Origin: Candidatus Kerfeldbacteria bacterium CG15_BIG_FIL_POST_REV_8_21_14_020_45_12
GTDB taxonomy: Bacteria > Patescibacteriota > Patescibacteriia > UBA9570 > XYC2-FULL-38-9
Length of the DNA stretch: 64,000 bases
Direction of reading: 5' to 3'
NCBI GenBank assembly: GCA_002781785.1
Contig: PFGC01000050.1
Span: 6,304-70,303 of the forward strand
In this document: piece by piece, positions 18,347 to 28,220 of the stretch
Layout of the letters: the number at the start of each line of letters is the position of its first letter
Numbering within the stretch: the stretch's first letter is position 1
Notes under the pieces: generated by a model
Told to the model about the DNA's origin: nothing
The model's database searches: none
What the model saw: only the letters and a program-made list of their open reading frames with translations
Made by a program: the position numbers and the translations under genes

Positions 18347-19231
18347 GGAGGAGTGATGAAAATCTCTCCAGACGTGCTGTTCGGCGTGGTGGCAATGCTC
18401 GGCTTCGGCTGTGCAAACCTCATGTCGCAGCCAGTGGCGAAACAGGTAGGAGCTGCTCGCGCCTTGCTCTGGCGCACGATCTTCACGATCACGCTGTCGG
18501 GCATAGCGGCTCTGTCGCTAGGTGACTGGCACCGCCTGACGGCATCTGCTGTGCTGCAGTCCCTGTTCCTGGGGGCGGTCTCGTACATTCCGATCTACTG
18601 CTTCTACAAGGCTATTGAGCACGGCAAGCTGGGAGTAGTTGTGCCCATTGCCAACGCCTACGCCCTAATCACCGTGGCGGCAGGAGTGCTCATTCTCGGC
18701 GAGGTGCTGACGCCCGGGATTGTTCTTGGAGTGCTGTGCACAACACTCGGTCTTGTCATCATGACATGCAACCCAAAGGACTGGCGCAAATCGGACGTCT
18801 GGCATTGGCGCAGCGGAGCTCCCTACGCCCTGATCACGATGGTCACCTGGGGCCTCTTCTTCCCAGCCATCCAGATCCCAGCCAAGCAGCTCGGGGCTGT
18901 TACCAACACCTTCTTCGTGGAGGCGGCCGTAGGAGTAGTCGCTATCGGTCACGGTGTTTACCTGCGACAGTCGCTGGCACCACCAACCGGACGCTACTTG
19001 GTATTAGTTTTCGGGGCAGCCTTGGCTGGAGTAGTCGCCAGCCTCGGTATGTACACTGGACTGGCTGTTGGTAGTGTGAGCATCGTTGGCCCCGTGGCTG
19101 CGGCTAGTCCTGTCGTTGCTGGGATCGGTGCCTGGCTCTGCTTCGGTGAGAAGTTGCGCCCTGTGCAGTACCTGGCAGCGGTCACCACCGTGGCGGGGGT
19201 GGCCGGACTGGCTTTGTTGGCAGGAGGATAG
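18347..19231 (+). CDS. EamA/DMT-family transporter on a high-GC islet
   Basis: About 294 aa from the internal ATG preceded by GGAGG. It has ~10 predicted TM helices and a duplicated EamA-like layout. GC is visibly elevated compared with flanking corC and trxA. A hairpin terminator lies at ~18286-18305 upstream and a hairpin plus T-run lies after the stop. Confidence 0.6.
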   Translation, partial: GGVMKISPDVLFGVVAMLGFGCANLMSQPVAKQVGAARALLWRTIFTITLSGIAALSLGDWHRLTASAVLQSLFLGAVSYIPIYCFYKAIEHGKLGVVVPIANAYALITVAAGVLILGEVLTPGIVLGVLCTTLGLVIMTCNPKDWRKSDVWHWRSGAPYALITMVTWGLFFPAIQIPAKQLGAVTNTFFVEAAVGVVAIGHGVYLRQSLAPPTGRYLVLVFGAALAGVVASLGMYTGLAVGSVSIVGPVAAASPVVAGIGAWLCFGEKLRPVQYLAAVTTVAGVAGLALLAGG

Positions 19232-19338
19232 GCGTCGCCCCGGGCAACGCCACTTTTTTTACTTTCTGGGTCGGTAGTTGCCAGAGCCGTGATCAGCTCC
19301 TATAATACCGCTACCCTAATAACTAGTTATAATATTAT

Positions 19339-19662
19339 ATGGCAGAGCAAGTAACCGATACATCTTTTGAACAGGATGTTTTAAAATCAGAAGTTCCTGT
19401 GTTGGTTGATTTCTGGGCACCGTGGTGTGGTCCTTGTCGTGTTCTTGGTCCAATTGTTGAAGAATTGGCCAAAGATAACGAAGGTAAGCCTGTTAAAATT
19501 TTGAAGATGAACATTGATGAAAACCCAAACACGCCATCTCAGTATGGCGTAATGAGCATTCCAACTTTGATGATCTTCAAAAACGGAACTCCTATTGAAC
19601 AAATGGTTGGAGTCCAAGATAAAGTTGTATTACAAGGCAAGCTCGATGAGCACGCCGGATAA
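19339..19662 (+). CDS. trxA: thioredoxin
   Basis: 107 aa; WCGPC active site. Confidence 0.9.
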   Translation: MAEQVTDTSFEQDVLKSEVPVLVDFWAPWCGPCRVLGPIVEELAKDNEGKPVKILKMNIDENPNTPSQYGVMSIPTLMIFKNGTPIEQMVGVQDKVVLQGKLDEHAG

Positions 19663-20638
19663 CAATCTGCCCCAGGCCGACTACGACGTTGTTATTATTG
19701 GTGGAGCCGCCGCCGGTCTGACAGCTGCTCTGTATGCTTCAAGGCGCGCTATGCGTACTTTGGTGCTTACTAAATCTCTTGGTGGCCAGGCAGCTATGAC
19801 TCCATCAATAGAAAATTATCCTGGCACCAAACAAATTGGCGGTATTGAATTAATGCAGAACTTCTTGGCGCACGCTCAAGAATACGGAGCTAGTATTGCA
19901 TATGAAACTGTTCAAAAGGTAGAAAAAAATGGCGACGTCTTTACCGTTACAAGTAATGCCAAGTCATATACTGCCCTCACCGTCATTCTGGCCTTTGGTT
20001 TAACTCCTAGAAATCTGGAAGTACCAGGTGAGTTGGAGTATCAGGGAAAAGGGGTGACTTACTGCGCTACTTGCGATGCTCCACTCTATAAAAAGAAAAC
20101 TGTAGCAGTAGTCGGGGGCACCTTTGAGGCGTTGGACGCGGCCTTGTTTCTGGCGAAGCTGGAAGCCAATGTCACTCTCATTCATGATAAGTCAGGCTAC
20201 CCGGCCTACAAAAAACTATTTGCCGAGGCCGAAGCCAGTAGCAATATTACAGTTCGGCTAAACACTCGCGTCACTAAAGTAGTTGGAGAATTAGTTGTTT
20301 CTGGAATTGGCTTGCAAGCAGTGGGCGATGATTCAGCAGCTGAGGAGTTACTTCCTGTCCAAGGTGTCTTCGTAGAAAAGGGCCATAAGATAGACTCGCA
20401 GTGGCTGGGGGAGATGGTAGAATTTACTAAGGGGAATGCCGTTGTTGTAGATGAGTTAAAATCAACCAAAACCCCAGGACTGTTTGCGGCTGGTGATTTG
20501 ACTCCACAGCGAGATAAACAAGTAGTTGTATCTGCTGGAGCTGGAGCCACCGCTGCGCTGTCTGCCTACACCCACATTCAGAAGCTCTCTGGTAAACCAA
20601 CGCTGTTGGTTGACTGGGAGCACACTGAAGACCTTTAA
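19646..20638 (+). CDS. trxB: thioredoxin-disulfide reductase
   Basis: FAD motif VVIIGGAAAG and redox CATCDA. I chose the start at the internal Met (MSTPDNN), giving a 17-nt overlap with trxA. The track ORF begins at 19595. Confidence 0.8.
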   Translation: MSTPDNNLPQADYDVVIIGGAAAGLTAALYASRRAMRTLVLTKSLGGQAAMTPSIENYPGTKQIGGIELMQNFLAHAQEYGASIAYETVQKVEKNGDVFTVTSNAKSYTALTVILAFGLTPRNLEVPGELEYQGKGVTYCATCDAPLYKKKTVAVVGGTFEALDAALFLAKLEANVTLIHDKSGYPAYKKLFAEAEASSNITVRLNTRVTKVVGELVVSGIGLQAVGDDSAAEELLPVQGVFVEKGHKIDSQWLGEMVEFTKGNAVVVDELKSTKTPGLFAAGDLTPQRDKQVVVSAGAGATAALSAYTHIQKLSGKPTLLVDWEHTEDL

Positions 20639-20661
20639 ATCTATCCGTTAATACAATTACC

Positions 20662-21852
20662 ATGCCAGGACTTTCTCAGCGCGCGGCTGCTATGCCAGCG
20701 TCTCCCTTGCGAAAACTTGCCAACGCCGCCGAGGAGCGCAAGAAAAACGGTACTACTGTTTACCACTTGAATATTGGGCAGCCAGACATGGAAACACCTG
20801 TCGAGTTTATGGAGGCCGTGCGAGAGTTTTCTCAAAACCCAATTGCTTATGCCATGTCACAAGGAACGCCAGACGCGATTGATGCTTGGCGTGGTTACTA
20901 CGAAAGCTTGGGCATCGCTTTGGAAAAAAATGAGTTAATGATTACCACAGGCGGGTCTGAGGCGATCATCTTCGCAATGTGTGCAATTGCTGACCCGGGC
21001 GATAACATAATGGTTTTTGAACCCTTTTACACGAACTACAATGGTTTTGGAAAAATAGGCGGAGTCGATATGAAGCCTGTTACCTTAAGTATTGATAACG
21101 GCTTTCACCTTCCAAGCGACGAGCAGATTGAAGCCGCTATTGATGAGCGGACGAAAGCTATGATCGTGTGTAACCCAAGCAATCCAACTGGAACAGTTTA
21201 CACAGCTGAAGAGCTTAAGCGACTGGTAGATATCGCCATCAGACACGATATCTTTATTATCGCCGATGAGGTTTATCGAGAGTTCGGCTTCGATCAAGTA
21301 GTTACAAGTCTAATGTCTTTTCCTGAAGCGCAAGACCGAGTTATTATGATTGACTCGGCTAGTAAGCGATTCAATGCTTGTGGTATTAGGATTGGTACTT
21401 TAGTTTCAAAAAATACCGACGTCATAGCCACGGCGGTTAAGTTTGGAATGGCGCGCCTCTCTGTGGCAACTCTGGAGCAGCAAGCCTTAATTCCTGTCTT
21501 GAAGCAGGCAGCTACAATTATTCCGCCTGTAGTTGAGGAGTACAAGAAGCGTCGAGATGTAGTTTATGATGGACTTCTGGCTATCCCGGGAATTAAAGCA
21601 GCTAAACCAGAAGGAGCCTTTTACATTATTTGTGAGTTGCCAGTTGATTCCACGGAAAAATTTGCTAAGTGGATGATTGAAGAATTTGAGCATGAGGGTG
21701 AAACTGTGTTGGTGGCTCCGGCACCCGGTTTCTACGCCACAGCCGGTAAAGGTGAGCAAGAAATTAGGATCGCCTACGTTTTGAACGTCGAAAAACTTGG
21801 GCGAGCTCTTGAATTGCTCAAACTGGCTATTGAGGAGTATACTGCTCTGTAA
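20662..21852 (+). CDS. class I/II pyridoxal-phosphate aminotransferase (aspartate aminotransferase-like)
   Basis: 396 aa; SASKRFNACGIRIG lysine motif and overall AAT-family pattern. Confidence 0.8.
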   Translation: MPGLSQRAAAMPASPLRKLANAAEERKKNGTTVYHLNIGQPDMETPVEFMEAVREFSQNPIAYAMSQGTPDAIDAWRGYYESLGIALEKNELMITTGGSEAIIFAMCAIADPGDNIMVFEPFYTNYNGFGKIGGVDMKPVTLSIDNGFHLPSDEQIEAAIDERTKAMIVCNPSNPTGTVYTAEELKRLVDIAIRHDIFIIADEVYREFGFDQVVTSLMSFPEAQDRVIMIDSASKRFNACGIRIGTLVSKNTDVIATAVKFGMARLSVATLEQQALIPVLKQAATIIPPVVEEYKKRRDVVYDGLLAIPGIKAAKPEGAFYIICELPVDSTEKFAKWMIEEFEHEGETVLVAPAPGFYATAGKGEQEIRIAYVLNVEKLGRALELLKLAIEEYTAL

Positions 21853-21919
21853 TACTTCATCATACTTTTGTTCGGCGGCTGTCGATAAGGTGTGTAAGTT
21901 AAAAACTTGAGTAATATCT

Positions 21920-23155
21920 ATGGCAAATCCATTCAAAGAGGGTTTAAAACAATTAGAGCGAGCAGCCAAGCATTTGGAGGATATTAATCCAGGCGTTCTT
22001 GAGAGATTGCGCTCACCAATGCGCGAGGTGCACATTAGTATTCCTGTGCGCATGGACGACGGCAGTCTGCGGACTTTTCCTGGATACCGTGTTCAGTACG
22101 ATGATTCACGAGGTCCATTCAAAGGTGGGATTCGCTTTCATCCAGATGCCAATATTCACGAAGTTCGTGCCTTGGCTTTTTGGATGACGTTCAAATGTGC
22201 CACGGTTGGAATTCCTTACGGCGGTGGCAAGGGTGGAGTTCAGGTTGATCCAAAAAAATTGTCTGAGCGAGAGCTTGAGGTTTTGTCTCGCGGATGGGCT
22301 CGTGCCATGTCTAACGTGATCGGTCCAGATATAGACATTCCAGCACCAGATGTCTACACCAACCCAAAAATCATGGGCTGGATGGTTGATGAATTTTCTC
22401 AAGCGGTCGGTAAATGGAGCCCTGGTGTTATTACTGGAAAGCCAATTTCTATTGGTGGATCACAAGGACGTGGTCAGGCTACGGCTCAAGGCGGTATTTA
22501 CGTGGCACAGGAATTGTTAAAGCATTTGAAAATAAAAAAGCCGTCAGTGATAATTCAAGGTTTCGGTAACGCTGGCTCAGTTTATGCGGAGCTTGCCAGT
22601 GATCTTGGATGGAAGGTTATCGGCTTGTCCGATTCGCGAGGAGCAATTGTGAACACAAAGGGTATAGATATTGCCAAGGTATCAAAGCACAAGCTCCAGA
22701 CAGGTAGCGTTGTCGGATTTCCGGGTTCAGTGGAAATGGATAATGAAAAATTACTACTCCAAGCCTGCGATATTTTAGTACCGGCGGCGCTTGAGGGGGT
22801 TATTACTAAAACTAATGCTGGAAGAATTAAAGCCAAGGCTATCTTGGAGTTAGCTAATGGTCCAACTGTTCCAGAAGCAGACGATAAGTTATTCAAGAAG
22901 GGAATCATTGTAGTTCCAGATATTCTTGCCAACGCCGGCGGGGTGACAGTTTCCTATTTTGAATGGGTGCAAAACAACATGAACTACTATTGGACTGAGA
23001 CAGAGGTGCTTGATCGCCTAAAACCAATTATGGTGTCTGCCTTTAATGATGTTTGGATGGCAGCTACCTCTGCTGGAGTTGATCTTCGCACTGGAGCTTA
23101 TATTCATGCCACTCGACGAATTGCTGAGGCCATGGTAGACCGCGGACGGGTTTAA
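21920..23155 (+). CDS. gdhA: glutamate dehydrogenase
   Basis: 411 aa; Glu/Leu/Phe/Val dehydrogenase signature (GGGKGGV) and a Rossmann domain. Confidence 0.9.
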   Translation: MANPFKEGLKQLERAAKHLEDINPGVLERLRSPMREVHISIPVRMDDGSLRTFPGYRVQYDDSRGPFKGGIRFHPDANIHEVRALAFWMTFKCATVGIPYGGGKGGVQVDPKKLSERELEVLSRGWARAMSNVIGPDIDIPAPDVYTNPKIMGWMVDEFSQAVGKWSPGVITGKPISIGGSQGRGQATAQGGIYVAQELLKHLKIKKPSVIIQGFGNAGSVYAELASDLGWKVIGLSDSRGAIVNTKGIDIAKVSKHKLQTGSVVGFPGSVEMDNEKLLLQACDILVPAALEGVITKTNAGRIKAKAILELANGPTVPEADDKLFKKGIIVVPDILANAGGVTVSYFEWVQNNMNYYWTETEVLDRLKPIMVSAFNDVWMAATSAGVDLRTGAYIHATRRIAEAMVDRGRV

Positions 23156-23167
23156 ATTATGGTAACA

Positions 23168-23200
23168 AAAAAGCGTGATAGCTATAATGGCATCACGTTT
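23168..23200. terminator. bidirectional terminator hairpin (aaaaaagcgtgat...atcacgttttttt)
   Basis: Inverted repeat with A- and T-runs between convergent gdhA and the nucleotidyltransferase gene. Confidence 0.55.
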
Positions 23201-23205
23201 TTTTG

Positions 23206-24021
23206 TTACCAGTCGTTTTTGGCCAGTTCTAAACCCTTTTCGTTAGAGACATCAAACCATTTTCCCTGGAAAGGATAACCCGCTAGCTTTCCGTCGGCCG
23301 CCATTTTTGGCAGAACTTCCTTTTCAAGCGATCGAGTATCATCGTTGATATATTCAAAGACGCTTGGTTCAAATAGATAAACTCCTGCATTAACCAATCC
23401 GTGTAGAGCTTCAGCTCCAGGTTTCTCCTCGTAGTTTGCTATTTTACCGCCCTCAAGTCGGGCTACGCCGTATTTACCAGCAGATCTAATATAGGTTAGA
23501 GCCACGGTTCCGACAGCCCCAGCCTGTTTATGGTGATCTACAAAGTCAGTCAGGTTAAGGTCAACTAGCATGTCTGAGTAAAGCAATAGAAAAGCTTCAT
23601 CCAAGAGAGATTCAGCTAATGCCAGAGCCGCGGCTGTACCGCGAGTTTGATCGTCTTGTACAACTGTTAAATGAATGCCCCACTGTGAACCATCGCCGAG
23701 ATAGTCTTTTAGTTCGTCTCCTTTATCATCAAGTACCAGTACGACATCCCGAATGCCTGACAGTCTTAATGTGTCGAGCACATAGGCAATTACCGGACGA
23801 TTCTTCACTCGGGTAAGCGCAGTGACTTTTCCAGTGTCACTATCGGCTCCTGCTAGGATGACCGCTCGCTTGATGCCTAGTCCCAAGTGCTGGGTCAAAA
23901 TATACTCAATGGCGTGTGAGCGATTTCTGATTTTCTCGCCATCTACAAAATTATCAAGCGGCGTCAGCAGGTCATTCCTTAGTGTTATTGTAATTCTAGC
24001 CTTTCCACTATTTTGAGCCAT
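23206..24021 (-). CDS. sugar-phosphate nucleotidyltransferase with N-terminal ribbon-helix-helix segment
   Basis: 271 aa; N-terminal KARITITLRNDLLTPLDNFV...NRSHAIEYIL has an RHH (CopG/Arc)-like beta-alpha-alpha pattern; the rest resembles the NTP_transferase fold. Confidence 0.55.
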   Translation of the reverse strand: MAQNSGKARITITLRNDLLTPLDNFVDGEKIRNRSHAIEYILTQHLGLGIKRAVILAGADSDTGKVTALTRVKNRPVIAYVLDTLRLSGIRDVVLVLDDKGDELKDYLGDGSQWGIHLTVVQDDQTRGTAAALALAESLLDEAFLLLYSDMLVDLNLTDFVDHHKQAGAVGTVALTYIRSAGKYGVARLEGGKIANYEEKPGAEALHGLVNAGVYLFEPSVFEYINDDTRSLEKEVLPKMAADGKLAGYPFQGKWFDVSNEKGLELAKNDW

Positions 24022-24096
24022 CTTTGTATTTCACATCTAATCACACACCATCATACGTCGCACTAGCAACACCGTCAAACCAGCTCATGGTACAAT

Positions 24097-24723
24097 GTGT
24101 CTACTATGAGTGCCGCAAAAACCGCCCCGCTAACCCTTGAGCTGGAATTAATCGCTGCCGGTTACCGCTTGATCGTAGGTGTAGACGAGGTCGGACGAGG
24201 AGCCTGGGCAGGACCGATTATGGCAGCGGCAGTTATCATGCCAGTCGACAAGGTTATTGTTGGAGTGCGAGACTCAAAAAAAATAACCCCAAAACGCCGA
24301 GCTGTCCTGGCAAGCGAGATTGAGCAAGCTGCCCTCAGCATTGGCCTTGGATCAGTCGACAGCACAGAAATAGATGAAATAGGGATAGGGCCGGCTAATG
24401 CTTTAGTAATTCGTCGAGCGGTTGAGGCTTTATCCCTAACTCCGGATTATATTTTAGTTGATGCCTTCCCAATGAAGGACTTGTCTGCCCCCTCTCGCTC
24501 CATTATTCGGGGGGATAGTGCTAGTTATTCAATCGCCGCGGCTAGTATTTACGCTAAAGTGGCTAGAGATAGTCTGATGCAAAGCTATGATGAGAAGTTT
24601 CCTGGTTATTCTTTCTCGGCACATGTTGGTTATGGCACCGAAGCGCACCGTGCCGCTCTAGATCAGTTCGGGCCTTGCCCAATTCACCGCCTCTCTTTCC
24701 AGCCTATGGCCGCAATGATATAA
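24097..24723 (+). CDS. rnhB: ribonuclease HII
   Basis: 208 aa; GVDEVGRGAWAGP motif. Confidence 0.9.
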   Translation: MSTMSAAKTAPLTLELELIAAGYRLIVGVDEVGRGAWAGPIMAAAVIMPVDKVIVGVRDSKKITPKRRAVLASEIEQAALSIGLGSVDSTEIDEIGIGPANALVIRRAVEALSLTPDYILVDAFPMKDLSAPSRSIIRGDSASYSIAAASIYAKVARDSLMQSYDEKFPGYSFSAHVGYGTEAHRAALDQFGPCPIHRLSFQPMAAMI

Positions 24724-24732
24724 TTAAATTCG

Positions 24733-25302
24733 ATGGCCAACTCCCCCGAACATCCAGCTTTCAGCGAAGACAACCTCTTAAACGAGCGGGGCTTATTAGA
24801 GCACGTTGGAGTTGACGTTGGCCAGACAGTGGCTGATATGGGCACAGGTAGAGAATGCACCTTTTTATTAGAGGCGGCTAGAATGGTGAGTCAAACTGGC
24901 AAGGTTTATGCCCTAGATGTGGTAAAAGAAATCCTTGAAGTTGTTCAGGGTGTTGCCACTCAGGCCGGACTTCAAAACGTGGAGACAGTTTGGACTGATT
25001 TAGAAATGTACGGTGCTGCCAAAACGGTGGCCGATCAAACTATCGATATTGGCATACTCGCTAACACGCTTAGTCAGTCTACTGACCATATGGCGATGAT
25101 GAAAGAGGCAGCGCGGATGATGAAGGCGGGCGGTAGAATCCTGGTTGTCGAGTGGAAGCCAGTCGAAACCGTGCTTGGCCCCCCAGTGGCACAACGGGTT
25201 TCTCCAGAGGAGATCAAACAAATTGCTTTGCAGCTTGGAATTCAAGTTACAGACGAATTTGAGGCTGGCGAATACCATTGGGCCCTTGTTCTCACTAAAT
25301 AA
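24733..25302 (+). CDS. class I SAM-dependent methyltransferase
   Basis: 189 aa; glycine-rich motif I (VADMGTGRECTF). Confidence 0.6.
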   Translation: MANSPEHPAFSEDNLLNERGLLEHVGVDVGQTVADMGTGRECTFLLEAARMVSQTGKVYALDVVKEILEVVQGVATQAGLQNVETVWTDLEMYGAAKTVADQTIDIGILANTLSQSTDHMAMMKEAARMMKAGGRILVVEWKPVETVLGPPVAQRVSPEEIKQIALQLGIQVTDEFEAGEYHWALVLTK

Positions 25303-25338
25303 AGTTACTACAAACAAGCTATTCACCACCCGCCTTGG

Positions 25339-25713
25339 GTGTTTTTTATGACAAATCACAAGCAAAAACTTGGAGCAGCGGGTGAGCAACTTGTTGTTAA
25401 TCACTTAATTGCAGAAGGTTGGCAGATCTTGGCGCGCAATCTTCATACTCGCCACGGTGAGCTTGATATTGTCGTCAGTCGCGGCCGTGAACTGATTGTG
25501 GTAGAAGTGAAGGCCCGCCAGGCTGGAGTCGCCACAGCGGCTGAAGCCCTGACTCCTAGTAAGTTCAAAAAACTCAGACACGCTGCTTGGGAGGCCCAAC
25601 AAGCTGACCTGATTCCACTTGGGCACGTTCAATTTGCTCTGGCCGCGCTGGAGCTTCGTAACCAACGAGCCAAGTTGACCCTCTATTGGAGGCTTGGTCC
25701 AAATAGTTGGTGA
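25339..25713 (+). CDS. yraN: YraN-family endonuclease (UPF0102)
   Basis: 124 aa; GELDIVVSRGRELIVVEVKAR motif; conserved rnhB-yraN neighbourhood. Confidence 0.8.
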   Translation: MFFMTNHKQKLGAAGEQLVVNHLIAEGWQILARNLHTRHGELDIVVSRGRELIVVEVKARQAGVATAAEALTPSKFKKLRHAAWEAQQADLIPLGHVQFALAALELRNQRAKLTLYWRLGPNSW

Positions 25714-25945
25714 TTTATATATTTTTTCCACATTGCGCCCATTTCCTAAAAGCCGTACAATACTGGCCGTGTTCTTTAAAATACTTCTAACCAGATCGGT
25801 TGGAGGGGGGTTCCCTGTTTTTTATTTTCTCAGGGGCTCCACGGCAGTGTGTCATTTCTTGAGCGATTCATCGCAATAGAAGCCGCCGTCGTGAGCACAA
25901 TTTATTCGTAAATGTGTATCCTTCAATAGTGAAGGCAATGAAGCT

Positions 25946-27127
25946 ATGAAAAGAACTGTACTCTGGGTATTGAGTACAATCGTTTTCTCTCTCTTCAGTG
26001 CTGGGGCAGCTTCGGCTGCTACTATGCCAGCTGCGCCTACCCTCATTGCTCCAATGGAGCAAAGTGTGGTGACAACATCTCTCCCTGTCATCACCGGGTT
26101 GGTACATGCTGATTTGCGAGTCGCTGTCTACATTGATGATGTCTTCAATGGATATGCCACCATGGTCTCCGAGGCCAATGGCGTCCAGAGCTTCGCCTAT
26201 GAACCATTTCTAGGTCTAGGAATTGGTGAACATTCGGTGATGGTTCGAGCAGAAGACACTAACGCAGGAACTAGAAGTGATAAGAGTGATGTCCGCATGT
26301 TTCATGTGGTTCATGCACTACCTGCGCCTACGGTAATCGGTGCTGTTGTCAACGACGACTCAAGCGCTAGCCAACCTTTTATGGTTGGTGTTGCGCCAGC
26401 TGATTCTACCGTAACAGTCATGATTGATGGCCAAGAGGTGGGGACAACCACCGCTACTAGTCACGTCTCTGGAATCGGTGACTTTGCTTTCCGAGCGCCA
26501 AGCAACTTGCGCGCCGGTTGGCACAATGTCACCGCTATTGCCTCTGAGCCTTCCGGCTTTGGACGCACCAGTCGCGTGTCTCAGAAAACTGCCATTTTAA
26601 TCTCTGCTCCTGCTGTTACAGCAGAAGCTTCAACATCAAATTCCAACAACGACGAGCCATCAGGCTCTGCTGGTCAAGCTGACCAAGAGACTCAAGAAAC
26701 GATTGCACCAGAAGAATCATCCTCAAATAATGAGGTAGGAGATGTTACCACTGATGACACGCTATCAAGCGATGTATCAGCTGGTGATGCCGTCGCAGAG
26801 GTAAGCGAAGTTGAAACTGACTCCAAAGACGAAGAAGATGAATCAACTGAAGCTGGCACAGATGATCAGGACAACAAACTGACCTTTCTGGGCTGGATAG
26901 CTCTGCTGATTGTTGCTATCACGGTAGTTGCGCGTGCGCGAAAACGCCGGAGTGGCGATATGTCAGAAGTAACTTTCTCACCATCAAGTGATACTAAAGG
27001 TTCGGTTGATGGTTCGGGTAAGCCGCAGGGTCAACTAGACCTCCAAGCTCCCATTGAGAATAAAAACATCACGGTTATTAAGCACGACTCTGATTCAACT
27101 GACCACAAGGAAAACGGGCAATCGTAA
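25946..27127 (+). CDS. membrane-anchored surface protein with Ig-like repeats and acidic disordered linker
   Basis: 393 aa; signal peptide, two Ig-like segments, D/E/S-rich linker, a C-terminal TM helix (LTFLGWIALLIVAITVVA) and a basic stop-transfer. Confidence 0.5.
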   Translation: MKRTVLWVLSTIVFSLFSAGAASAATMPAAPTLIAPMEQSVVTTSLPVITGLVHADLRVAVYIDDVFNGYATMVSEANGVQSFAYEPFLGLGIGEHSVMVRAEDTNAGTRSDKSDVRMFHVVHALPAPTVIGAVVNDDSSASQPFMVGVAPADSTVTVMIDGQEVGTTTATSHVSGIGDFAFRAPSNLRAGWHNVTAIASEPSGFGRTSRVSQKTAILISAPAVTAEASTSNSNNDEPSGSAGQADQETQETIAPEESSSNNEVGDVTTDDTLSSDVSAGDAVAEVSEVETDSKDEEDESTEAGTDDQDNKLTFLGWIALLIVAITVVARARKRRSGDMSEVTFSPSSDTKGSVDGSGKPQGQLDLQAPIENKNITVIKHDSDSTDHKENGQS

Positions 27128-27241
27128 TTACGAAACTCATATTACCCAATCACCAAACACCGCCTCAGGGCGGTGTTTTTGGTTATCTAGACTAGCTGGC
27201 CAGGTTTAGAAAATATCAGACGACTTACTTTTTTAACTAGA

Positions 27242-28123
27242 GTGTTTTATAGTACCAACATGCGGAATCATCGGCACAACGAAACGCCCAGACGGCCAAT
27301 GGCGGCTGATCTTAAAATTGAACAGGCCTCCTTACCAACCCTTGCAGACTATTTAGCAGCTATCACTCCTGAACAAATTGAGGCTCACCTAGAGCGTACA
27401 GCTAGGTTTTTGGAAGTTAACACGGAAGTTTTAACAAATCTGGTAAATCTTGGTTTATTGCCGATTGAAAAAATCCAAGATTTAGGACTCAGTTTAATTA
27501 CAACAATAAGATCTACCATACAACGGGAGTGGGTCGCCTGGGAGGCTGAAACTAGCCTACCGACCGGTAGTCGGTACATTCTTTTTATGCGGGATTTTTT
27601 TCCTGAAGCTGCCAGAAGTCTAGGGATAGACTGGGACGAATTGATCAAGCGCGAACGTAGCGACTTTCAGTCTTGGAGTGAGCTTGAACCTAACTATGAT
27701 GAGTGGGTAGAAGGTGCCCTGGCTATGCGTCGTCTGCGACCTGATTTAGCCGCTGACTTTACACCAACTGAGGCTGCCTTGGAGCACTTCTGGCACTACG
27801 CTTATTCCTGGATAGACGACCCCTTTGCAGATGACGGTCATGATCCAATTATTTACTTCATAAACAATGCTGCGACCCTGCGCTTGTTTTCAGAGCCTAT
27901 GTTTCAAATTAAGCTCCGTAGTATGGACGAAGTTAAGGTTAAGATGCAGCGCCTGTTTGATTCGCCAGACAGAGATCTAGCAGATGATGTAAAAGCAGCC
28001 TGGGGCTTTAAGGTTATAACAGCCCAGTCTGCCTATATTGATGAACAAGGGGCAATAGTCATTTTACCAGAGCCTGCTGAGGCTAAAGCCAGCCCTCCTC
28101 TACCAGGACGCAGCCCTCTGTAA
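27242..28123 (+). CDS. hypothetical protein
   Basis: 293 aa ORF with balanced composition and no recognised motif. Confidence 0.4.
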   Translation: MFYSTNMRNHRHNETPRRPMAADLKIEQASLPTLADYLAAITPEQIEAHLERTARFLEVNTEVLTNLVNLGLLPIEKIQDLGLSLITTIRSTIQREWVAWEAETSLPTGSRYILFMRDFFPEAARSLGIDWDELIKRERSDFQSWSELEPNYDEWVEGALAMRRLRPDLAADFTPTEAALEHFWHYAYSWIDDPFADDGHDPIIYFINNAATLRLFSEPMFQIKLRSMDEVKVKMQRLFDSPDRDLADDVKAAWGFKVITAQSAYIDEQGAIVILPEPAEAKASPPLPGRSPL

Positions 28124-28129
28124 AAGGGC

Positions 28130-28157
28130 TTGACATAGGCAGTGTCCGCGCTATACT
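28130..28157 (+). promoter_or_regulatory. sigma70-like promoter candidate (TTGACA-16bp-TATACT) upstream of nusA
   Basis: Consensus -35 and near-consensus -10 hexamers with a 16-bp spacer, ~65 bp upstream of the nusA ATG. Confidence 0.35.
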
Positions 28158-28220
28158 GCGCCGTAGATGCTAGTATCTGTTGATACTGGCTTTTTTAGTG
28201 TCTAATGTGTAATTCAATCT

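Noticed and set aside
16894-18588. Several minus-strand ORFs (16894..17478, 17524..17754, 17848..18102, 18124..18588) overlapping corC and the DMT gene
   Set aside because: They are antisense to CDSs with strong family signatures. They have low-complexity S/T/A-rich translations.
21487-22932. Minus-strand ORFs overlapping the aminotransferase and gdhA
   Set aside because: They are antisense to high-confidence enzymes and have no motifs.
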